DNA of 64,000 bases from IMG/VR virus record IMGVR_UViG_3300045988_131126; one strand, written 5' to 3'. Shown here one piece after another: positions 1 through 8,517 of this stretch. The DNA is from a virus. Positions within the stretch are counted from its first letter, which is position 1. The number at the start of each line of letters is the position of its first letter. A program made the translations under genes and the position numbers. The notes beneath the pieces are model-generated. The model did no database searches. It was not told the DNA's origin and was given only the letters and a program-made list of their open reading frames with translations.

Positions 1-333
1 TCCAGATTCTTGTATTTTTACTTCTTCTGCAAGAGTAAGCGGACAGAAAAAACTACGGTCTAAATGATACATATAATCGTAATGTACTAATTTACCATTA
101 TTAAATATCTTTCTAGCGCCTGCAGCAAAATTTTTCACATCATCTTCATCTATAGCAGGCAATTTTATTTTCCATCTGTCATCATCTACTAGATAGAATG
201 GTTTTATTCTACTATCGTCTAATTCATATGATTCTATATAATGAACCTTTGTACATTCGTATAGTGTTTTAATATCTGCTACCATAGCATATATTGGTTC
301 ACATTTGAAGGCTAATTCGGTCAATGTTTTCAT
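1..333 (-). CDS. hypothetical protein, N-terminal part (gene runs off the window start)
   Basis: ATG at 333-331 preceded by AGAGGTG SD (rc of 341-347). I translated the minus strand to position 1 without a stop (MKTLTELAFKCEPIYAMVADIK...). ATGA overlap with the stop of ORF 330..683. Confidence 0.7.
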   Translation of the reverse strand, partial: MKTLTELAFKCEPIYAMVADIKTLYECTKVHYIESYELDDSRIKPFYLVDDDRWKIKLPAIDEDDVKNFAAGARKIFNNGKLVHYDYMYHLDRSFFCPLTLAEEVKIQESG

Positions 334-683
334 GTATTATCACCTCTAAATTTTATAGTTTTTTGTTTATTAGATAATATGCTTATAGGTAATATAGTTT
401 TATTGTCCTTCAAAAGTCCGCCTAAAAATACTTTATTAGCACAATATTCTCCCTTATTCCTAAATGAACACTTATAAGGTAATAAATGTATAGGTTGAAA
501 TATTTTAAATTCAGAAATAGGCATAGGACGACCATATCCTATACCATCATCAAATGTAGTATAATAAGCTTCTTGTACGCTGCATTTATATCTAGATTTA
601 TATATTAAAGGCCATAGTTTATAAGTTAGATTTTTTATAGTATCTGTATTGTTACATTCTGCTAACTTTTTTAGTGTTTTCAT
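330..683 (-). CDS. small hypothetical protein (117 aa), NNTD-motif family
   Basis: ORF track. AGGAGGT SD lies inside the last codons of the upstream ORF (rc of 691-697). N-terminal ECNNTDT motif is shared with ORFs 687..980 and 8514..8804. Confidence 0.75.
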   Translation of the reverse strand: MKTLKKLAECNNTDTIKNLTYKLWPLIYKSRYKCSVQEAYYTTFDDGIGYGRPMPISEFKIFQPIHLLPYKCSFRNKGEYCANKVFLGGLLKDNKTILPISILSNKQKTIKFRGDNT

Positions 684-686
684 ATG

Positions 687-980
687 TCAATACCTCCTTC
701 CAAACACTTTACGCTTTAAAGGAATTTGATAATGAACAGCTTTATCTATCAGTCTCATATAGATTTTTGTAACTGCTTTTCTCTCTAATGAACGCTGCCG
801 ATGTATTTTTCTTTTGGCAAACCGCATCCCGACAAGAAGCAAAAAGATGTCATCTGTACTATTGTATTTTTCAAACATAGCTAAAGTAAATAACGAATTC
901 GGTTTCTCTGTTTCTTTTAATTTTTTCGGTTTAATACTCAATTTAAACATAGATGAGTAGTCCTTTAAATTTATTGACAT
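687..980 (-). CDS. small basic protein (97 aa), NNTD-motif family
   Basis: ORF track. GGAGGA SD (rc of 981-995 = ttttggaggatagat). K/R-rich. KYNSTDD motif. Confidence 0.75.
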   Translation of the reverse strand: MSINLKDYSSMFKLSIKPKKLKETEKPNSLFTLAMFEKYNSTDDIFLLLVGMRFAKRKIHRQRSLERKAVTKIYMRLIDKAVHYQIPLKRKVFGRRY

Positions 981-995
981 ATCTATCCTCCAAAA

Positions 996-1025
996 TAAGA
1001 GAGTATCTTTAAAGATACTCTCTTA
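996..1025 (-). terminator. intrinsic terminator after dcd
   Basis: Perfect 30-bp palindrome TAAGAGAGTATCTTT/AAAGATACTCTCTTA, with TTTT following on the minus strand. Confidence 0.7.
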
Positions 1026-1030
1026 TATAA

Positions 1031-1546
1031 TTATAACTCTTCATAAAGTTTACTAGTCTGTATACCAGAATTGTTTAAGTATTTACCTTCATAATTAATC
1101 GGATCTCCATCTATAGTATGATAATATAACTGCCCAATTTCTACATCCGGATAGATAACGAGTGGTTGAATTACATAGATTTCTAATGTCCAGAAACCTT
1201 TAAATCCACAATCTCCAAATCCAGCAGTTACATGTATACCCATGCCTAATCTTCCAATAGAAGATCTTCCTTCAAGCATTGGTACATAATTAAACGTTTC
1301 CGTATATTCATTAGTTCTACCAAGATATAATTTTCCAGGTTCTAATACTAATCCAGATTTAGGAATAATTATTTTCTTAGCAGTATTATGTGCTTTCATG
1401 TCCAATACGTAAGAATCATAAACCATTAATTCTTTATGTAAAGATACATTATAAGAATTAGGATTTAATCTATCTTCTTTAAAAGGAGTGATTACAATAT
1501 CTCCTTTTCTTATTGCTTCTTCTATTTTATTTTTACCTAAAATCAT
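1031..1546 (-). CDS. dcd: dCTP deaminase
   Basis: 171 aa with EGRSSIGRLGMGIHVTAGFGDCGFKGFWTLEI and a C-terminal GKY..Q motif, colinear with bacterial Dcd (GRSSLARLG..HVTA...G..G..LE). ATGA-type overlap with the upstream DHH gene. Confidence 0.9.
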   Translation of the reverse strand: MILGKNKIEEAIRKGDIVITPFKEDRLNPNSYNVSLHKELMVYDSYVLDMKAHNTAKKIIIPKSGLVLEPGKLYLGRTNEYTETFNYVPMLEGRSSIGRLGMGIHVTAGFGDCGFKGFWTLEIYVIQPLVIYPDVEIGQLYYHTIDGDPINYEGKYLNNSGIQTSKLYEEL

Positions 1547-2577
1547 TTTATTACTGTATCCTTTCCTTTAATAAATATTGGTGTTATATCATGTACTTGG
1601 AAACCAGATGCTCCTGGATGTCCACCACCTCCCATAAATTCAGAAATTGGAAGTGTGTCAATCTTTGCAGAATATAATGAATTAATCCAAGTATCACCGA
1701 TAAAATACATCATAGCACAAATATCATATTTATTAATATTATCTCCAAATGTTATACTATTTCCTCTGCCATTAAATACTAAACAAGAGTATATTTTATT
1801 TTCAAATTTAATATTTACTTCAAAAGCCATCTCAATCATTTGCTGTTTATTTAATGATTCATTAAATTTCAAAATATTTTTACCGGCAGTTATGCATTTC
1901 TCAGTATAAGCAGTTATAAAAGACAAAGTAGCATCCATGAATGGATCAGCTAAATTACAAAATGCAGTATTTGTAGGGTCGTTAAGAAGTGCTATGCATC
2001 CTAAATTAAATTCTGTATCATATTCTTTATCATGCTTCCACGTATCCCAAGAATCTACATATTCGATAAACTCGTTTCTAATAGATTCCTTGTCGAATTT
2101 ATAAACACCATCATTTATAAGTTTTACTAAAGTAGATAATTTGTCATAATATTCTTCTAATGTATACACGTAACTCATTTTATAGAAAGCTTTACAGAAT
2201 AAATATGATATGGCTGCTCCGCAAATATCTGTATTAATAACCTTACTAATTTTATTTAATGGATATTGATCGATAAACTTATAAGAAGTTTTGTGATGGT
2301 CTAACCAAAATACATGTTTATCTTCTTCATCTTTCCATAAATCTAAGCATAATCCTCTAAGTCTAGCAATATTGTCTTTATTAGATAAAGAATAATCTAC
2401 TAAGAAGATAATGTCATCTTCTTCTACTTTATGAAAATCCAATGGAGTTTCATAATTATATAATCTGTAGCATAATCTAGTATGAAATAATAATGGAGCA
2501 CACAACCCATGAAATATACAAGCTCCTGCTGTGATACCGTCAGTATCTCCGTGATGATAGATGTGAATTGTTGGCAT
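1543..2577 (-). CDS. DHH/DHHA1-family phosphoesterase (RecJ/NrnA-like)
   Basis: HHGDTDG near the N-terminus, DHH in WLDHHKT, C-terminal GGGHPGASG (DHHA1 signature). AAGGAGGAC SD upstream of 2577. Confidence 0.85.
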   Translation of the reverse strand: MPTIHIYHHGDTDGITAGACIFHGLCAPLLFHTRLCYRLYNYETPLDFHKVEEDDIIFLVDYSLSNKDNIARLRGLCLDLWKDEEDKHVFWLDHHKTSYKFIDQYPLNKISKVINTDICGAAISYLFCKAFYKMSYVYTLEEYYDKLSTLVKLINDGVYKFDKESIRNEFIEYVDSWDTWKHDKEYDTEFNLGCIALLNDPTNTAFCNLADPFMDATLSFITAYTEKCITAGKNILKFNESLNKQQMIEMAFEVNIKFENKIYSCLVFNGRGNSITFGDNINKYDICAMMYFIGDTWINSLYSAKIDTLPISEFMGGGGHPGASGFQVHDITPIFIKGKDTVIK

Positions 2578-2623
2578 ATAAAAGTCCTCCTTAAATATAT
2601 TATAATAAAGTATTAAATTAAAT

Positions 2624-2659
2624 AAAAACGGATATACTTGATCAAGTATATCCGTTTTT
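2624..2659 (-). terminator. intrinsic terminator after ORF 2665..2982
   Basis: AAAAACGGATATACTTGAT/ATCAAGTATATCCGTTTTT palindrome with T-runs on both strands. Confidence 0.75.
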
Positions 2660-2664
2660 ATTTT

Positions 2665-2982
2665 TTAATGATAAACACACGTAGATTTATACTTATATAA
2701 GCTAGACATAGGGGTCACATGCTTTCCTAGTCTATAGCTTTCAGTACGCAAATCGTATGCATCGTTCAAATCACACAATTCAGGAATAGAAAGTTTTCTT
2801 TTCCCAAACATCTTTATATATTTGATGTCATGCGTTTTCCCATAGTATTTTACTTGAGGGTCAAATCCAGTAATATTACTTCTAGCTCTTTTTATATAAG
2901 AAAATACTGAATTATGATGAACTTTACATGACGCTAAAGTTTTCCTACTCTTTTTATATTTTAAAAGTTTAAGTCTAGGCAT
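2665..2982 (-). CDS. small basic protein (105 aa)
   Basis: ATG at 2982 has AGAGGAGA SD (rc of 2983-2999). The longer track ORF (to 3009) has no SD. K/R-rich. Confidence 0.7.
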   Translation of the reverse strand: MPRLKLLKYKKSRKTLASCKVHHNSVFSYIKRARSNITGFDPQVKYYGKTHDIKYIKMFGKRKLSIPELCDLNDAYDLRTESYRLGKHVTPMSSLYKYKSTCVYH

Positions 2983-3325
2983 TATATCTCCTCTTTGCGT
3001 TATGTACATAAATTCCTAAGTGTTTTATAAATTTCATGGGTGGTATTTTAGATCTACTTGCAACATATTTTAATTTGTATAAGTGAGCAAATGATGTAAG
3101 AGTAATATCATCATCATCTTTTCCGCAATCATTGCCTTTTCTACCGATTGGTGGAATAATACGCATGTATCCGTCTTGATATATTACTCTCTTGTGGTCT
3201 TCGTTCATATTAGTTAGATTCTTAGCCATTGCAAATACATGTAGCCGTTTACAATGATCAAAATATGACAAATCAAGTTTTCGTTTTCTTGATAATTCAG
3301 CATTATGCTTTAATGTATTTCTCAT
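2975..3325 (-). CDS. small basic protein (116 aa)
   Basis: ATG at 3325 (MRNTLKHN...) lies immediately after the stop of ORF 3327..3731, with a GGGGA SD. The track start at 3388 would overlap the upstream gene by 62 nt. Confidence 0.7.
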   Translation of the reverse strand: MRNTLKHNAELSRKRKLDLSYFDHCKRLHVFAMAKNLTNMNEDHKRVIYQDGYMRIIPPIGRKGNDCGKDDDDITLTSFAHLYKLKYVASRSKIPPMKFIKHLGIYVHNAKRRYNA

Positions 3326-3326
3326 A

Positions 3327-3731
3327 TTATTCCCCGTATGTATGATCAGGATCCAATTCCTGATCTGGATCTGGTTTAGTAGCTTCATCAGACATAGATA
3401 TCTTTTCTATGTCTAATATATCCCTTAATAAAATGCTTATCACTTCACTATTAAAATCTTTAGACGAATCTAATATAATCATTCCAGTAGCAGTACAAGA
3501 ACTACAACTGCAGCATCCATATGTACAACTTCCATTAGTATCGTAAGCTTTTACAGGAAGAATGTCTTTGATAGTTCCATTCTTTGTAAGTTTCTCTCCA
3601 TTGCTTCTGTATGTAACTATTACATTATCATCTTTAGATAAAGTCATGTGTTTCTCTGATTTATCATCAAAATATAAATTTATTTCTGTGGTATAAATAA
3701 CTTTAGAATCGTTTTGAACTAATAAAGCCAT
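3327..3731 (-). CDS. hypothetical protein with central Cys cluster and acidic tail
   Basis: 134 aa. AAGGAGGTTATTAATT SD upstream of 3731. Contains GSCTYGCCSCSSCTATG and a D/E/P-rich C-terminus. Confidence 0.8.
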   Translation of the reverse strand: MALLVQNDSKVIYTTEINLYFDDKSEKHMTLSKDDNVIVTYRSNGEKLTKNGTIKDILPVKAYDTNGSCTYGCCSCSSCTATGMIILDSSKDFNSEVISILLRDILDIEKISMSDEATKPDPDQELDPDHTYGE

Positions 3732-3764
3732 AATTAATAACCTCCTTAAGATTTTATAATTTAG

Positions 3765-4115
3765 TTACCAAAACGTATTATTAGCACGCTTCGACAAATT
3801 AACTACTTTTTTTCTTCTACCTAGTTCAATTAAATTTGTTCGATTTCTCCTTTTCTTTGATTTAAGACTCGCAGCATTTACGGATATAAAAATATCATAT
3901 GGTATAACATAACAATCTGTTTTAATATTACCATTTTCATGCTTTGTACTTATACTTGTTTTAAATCTAGTCCTTCTATTTATTTGAAAAGATTTACCTT
4001 TCTCGAAATTTGTAATTAAAAGACGTACATAATTGAATTTAAAAATCGGTAAATTCCTGGATGGGATACTTTCCAAAGACATAGTATGTCTTGTTATATA
4101 TTTTAAACTTCTCAT
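3765..4115 (-). CDS. small basic protein (116 aa)
   Basis: ORF track. AGAAGGT SD. Start abuts the stop of ORF 4116..4508. K/R-rich (KSKKRRNRTN, GRRKK). Confidence 0.75.
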   Translation of the reverse strand: MRSLKYITRHTMSLESIPSRNLPIFKFNYVRLLITNFEKGKSFQINRRTRFKTSISTKHENGNIKTDCYVIPYDIFISVNAASLKSKKRRNRTNLIELGRRKKVVNLSKRANNTFW

Positions 4116-4508
4116 TTATTTTACCTTCTGATTGGATATATGCTTTAAAGAGTGCATACATTTATGCCATCTACGCCTATTTTCACCTAATAAAGATATA
4201 CACTTCGCTTTTTTATTTTTATCACTGGTAATCAACCTTAAATTTTTTATTATAGTACAATTTATATCAACACAAGAAAATTCATGCCATCTTTTCCTTT
4301 TGCCATATTTGTCTTTATATTTAGATTGGTATCTATGGTATTCATTGTTTGGACTTATTGTAAAAGAATAGTGGATTGGATTTTTGGATTTCCAAAATCT
4401 TATCTCACTTTTAGGCACTAATCTCAAATAAGGTAATTGCTTAGTCTTATTTTTAAATACAATATACCTTAAAATATTTCTTTTTGAATTCCTATAAAAT
4501 TCTCTCAT
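4116..4508 (-). CDS. small basic protein (130 aa), Cys/His-containing
   Basis: ORF track. GAGGTGAAAC SD upstream of 4508. KRKRWHEFSC...C...RRRWHKCMHSLKH suggests possible metal binding. Confidence 0.75.
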   Translation of the reverse strand: MREFYRNSKRNILRYIVFKNKTKQLPYLRLVPKSEIRFWKSKNPIHYSFTISPNNEYHRYQSKYKDKYGKRKRWHEFSCVDINCTIIKNLRLITSDKNKKAKCISLLGENRRRWHKCMHSLKHISNQKVK

Positions 4509-4530
4509 AGTTTCACCTCATTTCATAAAA

Positions 4531-4561
4531 ATACTGATATACCAATTCGGTATATCAGTAT
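4531..4561 (-). terminator. intrinsic terminator after dut
   Basis: ATACTGATATACC-AATTC-GGTATATCAGTAT, with TTTTATG following on the minus strand. Confidence 0.75.
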
Positions 4562-4574
4562 TATAATATATAAA

Positions 4575-5111
4575 TTATTTTGAGGTTGAACCTATTCCAC
4601 CAATTCTTTCACCATCCGCTTTATCATCTTCTGTTGTTTCATATTTCATAAAGATACCTTGCGCTACAGCTTTATGAGATTCTGTTACATAATGATACAC
4701 CCCATTATTTGTTAAAGATATAATGATATCTCCTTCATTATTAGTATTATTATAATAGTCAGAATCTATAATTCCAGTAGTATTAGTTATGCATAAATCA
4801 TGTTTAATGCCTAAACTACTTCTAATATGTACTTGGAGTACAACTCCTTCTGGCATTTTAGCTTTAATACCTGTAGGGAATTTCACTTTCTTCTCTGGAT
4901 CAATATTAATTTCAAACGGACAATTAAAATCGTATCCAGCAGATCCTTTTGTTTTTCTTGTTGGTACTTCAATTCTATTATAAATATTTTTTAAATAATC
5001 ACTAAAACTAGGGTAATCAGTATCCCATACAACTCTCTGATCTATATCGCATGATAATGTGTCTTTTAAAAATGTCCCAAATGATACTTTCTCGAATTTA
5101 ATGTCTTTCAT
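4575..5111 (-). CDS. dut: dUTP diphosphatase (trimeric dUTPase)
   Basis: All five dUTPase motifs in order: GSAGYDF, IRSSLG, GIIDSDYY, AQG, RIGGIGST. AAAGGAGAAAG SD. Confidence 0.92.
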   Translation of the reverse strand: MKDIKFEKVSFGTFLKDTLSCDIDQRVVWDTDYPSFSDYLKNIYNRIEVPTRKTKGSAGYDFNCPFEINIDPEKKVKFPTGIKAKMPEGVVLQVHIRSSLGIKHDLCITNTTGIIDSDYYNNTNNEGDIIISLTNNGVYHYVTESHKAVAQGIFMKYETTEDDKADGERIGGIGSTSK

Positions 5112-5160
5112 AATTACTTTCTCCTTTTATTATTTTATCTAAATGTCTTACTAAAGATAA

Positions 5161-5202
5161 AAATATATCCCATATATCTTAAATGATATATGGGATATAT
5201 TT
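5161..5202 (-). terminator. intrinsic terminator after ORF 5285..5848
   Basis: 18-bp stem AAATATATCCCATATATC-TTAAAT-GATATATGGGATATATTT. Confidence 0.7.
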
Positions 5203-5284
5203 TGTGTTGACTAACAGGACTTAATAATATTTTTCGCAGAAATCAGTTTATCTTCTACTGATTATAAAAAAGTTATATAGTTTA

Positions 5285-5848
5285 TTATTTTTTACATAAA
5301 TATTGTAAATTATTGAATATATAATCGTTGCTACCAATATTTCCTTTTTCATCTAATATATAGGTTTTTATAAATCCTGATATATATTGTGCTTCACAAG
5401 CATTAGCGCACTTGGTTATATCATTAAAATCTGGATCCGTCTCAAGAGTACCGATCCATTTATCATAATTATCGTATATAGTTTTTATAAGTTTATTATC
5501 AGATCCTCTTTCATAATATCTTTCGATCATTATGGGCTTATTATCCATAGGAGGATATAATAAGAAAAAGTATATATTGTTTTCTATTAATGCTCTTAAT
5601 ACTGGTTCATGTGTAGATACAAAAATAAAATCTACTTTACCAATAAGACTTTTAATATGCTCTATGTAGTTATTTGGAAACTCTGGATTTCTAATCTTGT
5701 TTCCTTCTCCATCAATAGTCCAACTAAATTGACTACTATCCGAATCTGATACAGTAAATCCATTACAATTATTCTTGTAAAAGGTCTTTCCCATTCCTGG
5801 AAATGCTGCTATTACAATAGTTTTGTTTTTAAGTTTAACTTCTAACAT
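5285..5848 (-). CDS. P-loop NTPase, possible (deoxy)nucleotide kinase
   Basis: 187 aa. Walker A AFPGMGKT at residues 15-22. AAAGGAGGAAAAT SD. The size and N-terminal P-loop fit small kinases, but specificity is not determinable by eye. Confidence 0.6.
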   Translation of the reverse strand: MLEVKLKNKTIVIAAFPGMGKTFYKNNCNGFTVSDSDSSQFSWTIDGEGNKIRNPEFPNNYIEHIKSLIGKVDFIFVSTHEPVLRALIENNIYFFLLYPPMDNKPIMIERYYERGSDNKLIKTIYDNYDKWIGTLETDPDFNDITKCANACEAQYISGFIKTYILDEKGNIGSNDYIFNNLQYLCKK

Positions 5849-5876
5849 TTTATTTTCCTCCTTTTATTAAAAAAAT

Positions 5877-5903
5877 AAAGAGGGGGTTTAAATCCCCCTC
5901 TTT
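5877..5903 (-). terminator. intrinsic terminator after AAA+ ATPase gene
   Basis: AAAGAGGGGG-TTTAAAT-CCCCCTCTTT, followed on the minus strand by ATTTTTTTAAT. Confidence 0.8.
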
Positions 5904-5905
5904 AT

Positions 5906-7432
5906 TTATTCTTTATCAGTAGTATCGGTAGCTTCAGATTCATTATTGAAAAGAGCATTTTCGATTCTTTCTAACCTATCTTCAATACCATTAGAAGTCT
6001 TTATTTTATTATGTGCATTATAAGCTCTCGCTTCAAATACAGCTTGCTGCATTTCATCTACTACTGAAACTGCATTATTGTATAATTTATTCAATACATT
6101 ACCTTCATCGTTATTGATAGCTTCAGATACTTCTACATCCTGTACAACTTCTTCTTTTGGTTCTTCTTCTTTAATTTGAGTCTCTTCTGGAATATCAGAT
6201 TTATTCTCAATTTTCTTAAGAATAAGATTCTGTAATCTAGACTGATTAATAGTCTGAAGACCAAGCTTATTTACTACTGTATCTCTGATATCTTCAATAT
6301 CTTTCTGATTTAAATCGAAAGATTTACACATAGCATCAATACGTTTTGCAGATAATTCTTTGACTTCTACTCTAAGATCGAATCTTCCGTCTCTCTTAAC
6401 AGCTTCATCGAGATTATCTACATAGTTTGTTGTAGCTACGAAGATAACGTTTGTTGGTGATGATGTAGAATCAAGGAACTGTAATAATTTATTGATAATT
6501 TTCTTATCTTCTTTATCACTATCCTTTCTATCTCTTGATTTAACTACAGCATCAATATCTTCCATAAGTACTACGTACTTTTCTTTATCTGCATTGATAG
6601 ATTCTACTAATGCATTTACGTCAAGCGTAGCAAATGATGCCATATCAATTGATACTACATCATAATTGTAATAAGTGGCAATCGCTGTTACTAATGACGA
6701 TTTGCCAGTTCCAGGTGCCCCATATAATAAGATACCTGTTTTATATAACAGAGATCTATCTTTATATACAGGCTCATTTGATAAGAATTTATCAAGATGA
6801 TTCGTAATCTGTTCTGCTACATTATCATCAAAGAATAAAGTTTCTAATGGTCTTATATGAAGATCAGATGACATTACATTGAAATACAACGCATCTTTAT
6901 CATCTCTACTATATCCACCACCTGTTCCAGAAACTTTGTAATTCGTTAAGTATTTTGACCCAGTATCATTGATTTCATGAGCCAATCTTCTTGCATATTT
7001 CAGCATATGTTTTCCAAAGACATAAATGTATAAGAATTTAGGCTGTTGTTCCTGATTTCTGCTATCTCCATTACCGGTCCCTTCATATCTTGATGGACCT
7101 GCGTTTACATAGAAGAATGTATCTTTCTCAATTTTGCATACAAATTTCTTATCAATGATATATCTCTGTGAAGGCATAGATTTATTATCCTTATTTCTGT
7201 CTAATAAGGACTGCGGATTGGAGACATGTTTATCAAACTTCTTATCATATTTCTCAATCCATTTAAACGCTTTATCAAATTCTGCAGAAGTGAGATTGAA
7301 TTCAATACCGAATTTGTTCTTCACCCATTCCATTCCACCACCAATAATATATTCACTGGCTAAGTTTCTCAGTGAATACGGATTGGTGAACTGTCTAAAT
7401 ATTCTTTCATATTCTTTCTTGCTGTTACTCAT
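5906..7432 (-). CDS. AAA+ ATPase (BCS1-like layout) with acidic C-terminal region
   Basis: 508 aa. Walker A LLYGAPGTGKSS, Walker B VVLMEDIDA, ATTNY sensor-1 region. E/D-rich tail. TAGGAGGAAAC SD. Confidence 0.88.
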   Translation of the reverse strand: MSNSKKEYERIFRQFTNPYSLRNLASEYIIGGGMEWVKNKFGIEFNLTSAEFDKAFKWIEKYDKKFDKHVSNPQSLLDRNKDNKSMPSQRYIIDKKFVCKIEKDTFFYVNAGPSRYEGTGNGDSRNQEQQPKFLYIYVFGKHMLKYARRLAHEINDTGSKYLTNYKVSGTGGGYSRDDKDALYFNVMSSDLHIRPLETLFFDDNVAEQITNHLDKFLSNEPVYKDRSLLYKTGILLYGAPGTGKSSLVTAIATYYNYDVVSIDMASFATLDVNALVESINADKEKYVVLMEDIDAVVKSRDRKDSDKEDKKIINKLLQFLDSTSSPTNVIFVATTNYVDNLDEAVKRDGRFDLRVEVKELSAKRIDAMCKSFDLNQKDIEDIRDTVVNKLGLQTINQSRLQNLILKKIENKSDIPEETQIKEEEPKEEVVQDVEVSEAINNDEGNVLNKLYNNAVSVVDEMQQAVFEARAYNAHNKIKTSNGIEDRLERIENALFNNESEATDTTDKE

Positions 7433-7467
7433 TTAAGTTTCCTCCTAAAATTTATATATTGTATTGT

Positions 7468-7493
7468 AACTTACACGTTAATAATATACCATT
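7468..7493 (-). promoter_or_regulatory. conserved promoter-like element (extended -10 TGGTATATT plus downstream AACGT..AAGTT)
   Basis: The minus strand reads AATGGTATATTATTAACGTGTAAGTT, about 40-60 nt upstream of the ATG at 7432. It is near-identical to the element at 35921..35948. Confidence 0.4.
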
Positions 7494-7509
7494 AAATGTA
7501 ATTTTATTC

Positions 7510-7830
7510 TTAATCATACGGATGATCATTTGAATAATCTATAAGAGCTTTTATTTTAGATATCGATGGCATATCAATATCTTTGCATTCTTCTTTCAAA
7601 GTATAACTTTTTAATTTCATTTTAAGACTAACCTCGTTTCCTACAATAGATCGTTCTTTAAGCGTGCGTGACGAATATCTATTTCCATAGGTCAATCTCG
7701 ATAGATTTCTTGTTCTAAATCCTTTGAAAAACGCTAAACAAGAATCAAACTTATCAAATATTTCACATTTCAATCTTATTCTAAATTCACTATTGTTCTG
7801 TCTTATTCCATATGACAATGCTTTTTTCAT
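7510..7830 (-). CDS. small basic protein (106 aa), MKKxL family
   Basis: AAGGAGATAAA SD. N-terminus MKKALSYGIRQNN and C-terminal KSYTLKEECKDID...HPYD align with ORFs 7840..8166 and 8179..8517. Confidence 0.8.
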   Translation of the reverse strand: MKKALSYGIRQNNSEFRIRLKCEIFDKFDSCLAFFKGFRTRNLSRLTYGNRYSSRTLKERSIVGNEVSLKMKLKSYTLKEECKDIDMPSISKIKALIDYSNDHPYD

Positions 7831-7839
7831 TTTATCTCC

Positions 7840-8166
7840 TTATCTATAATCTTCGATACTAGCATTTTCTATTATTCTACGTATTCCAGATAGTCCTATT
7901 GATTTTTTATATAAAGATCTCCCCTTTAAAGAAATTGATCTTTTAATCGCTCTGTATCTTAGTGGACCAGCACATCTTCTAACATATCTCTTTCTAGCAA
8001 AATGATCAATGGTACGTATTCCAGAAGTATCGTGATCGTATATAGGATAATATTTTATGCATTCTTTATAATAACTAATTGGGAGTGCAATTTTTTCTAT
8101 CTCTATATGTTTTATAGTCAACTCGTGGTCTTTACGTTTAACTGAGGAACATAATCCTTTCTTCAT
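7840..8166 (-). CDS. small basic protein (108 aa), MKKxL family
   Basis: AAGGAGAAAAT SD. N-terminus MKKGLCSSVKRKD. Very K/R-rich (ARKRYVRRCAGPLRYRAIKR). Confidence 0.8.
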   Translation of the reverse strand: MKKGLCSSVKRKDHELTIKHIEIEKIALPISYYKECIKYYPIYDHDTSGIRTIDHFARKRYVRRCAGPLRYRAIKRSISLKGRSLYKKSIGLSGIRRIIENASIEDYR

Positions 8167-8178
8167 TTTATTTTCTCC

Positions 8179-8517
8179 TTAACAAAAATAATCAGGATTT
8201 ATTTTGGCTTCACGATCGACTTGCCTAATAAATTTAAAAGGCGGAACATCGTGAGCTTCTTCTTTTAATGAATATATTTTATATTGATCTTTAACGCATC
8301 TTTCTTGTTTTGATAACGGCCATGCCGTTATCGCATTCATTTTCTTTAAAGGACTTACAAATTTGCGGCTATTTTCTTTTATATTTATAGATAATTTATA
8401 AATATTTTTTCTTAAAGTTCTTTCATTCTGTTCAAAATCATCATCTACTGTAAATTTATACCTAACAATAACTCCCCCGTTTCTCTTTATAAATAATTGT
8501 GGTAATCCCTTGATCAT
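8179..8517 (-). CDS. small basic protein (112 aa), MKKxL family
   Basis: TAGGAGGTACAA SD. N-terminus MIKGLPQLFIKRNG. C-terminal KIYSLKEEAHDV...NPDY matches ORF 7510..7830. ATGA overlap with the upstream ORF. Confidence 0.8.
   Translation of the reverse strand: MIKGLPQLFIKRNGGVIVRYKFTVDDDFEQNERTLRKNIYKLSINIKENSRKFVSPLKKMNAITAWPLSKQERCVKDQYKIYSLKEEAHDVPPFKFIRQVDREAKINPDYFC

Noticed and set aside
687-700. A shared C-terminal RRY(N) tail on several small basic proteins (GRRY*, NRRYNK*, KRRYNA*) might be a protein motif.
   Set aside because: The codons AGG AGG TA(T) are the Shine-Dalgarno sequence of the next, translationally coupled gene embedded in the upstream reading frame. The motif is a by-product of the RBS.
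1031-5111. The dCTP deaminase might indicate a uracil-containing genome, as in PBS1/AR9-type phages.
   Set aside because: A canonical trimeric dUTPase (all five motifs) and a DHFR are also encoded. This fits ordinary dTTP synthesis via dUMP rather than dUTP accumulation. No dUTPase inhibitor or other evidence was seen.
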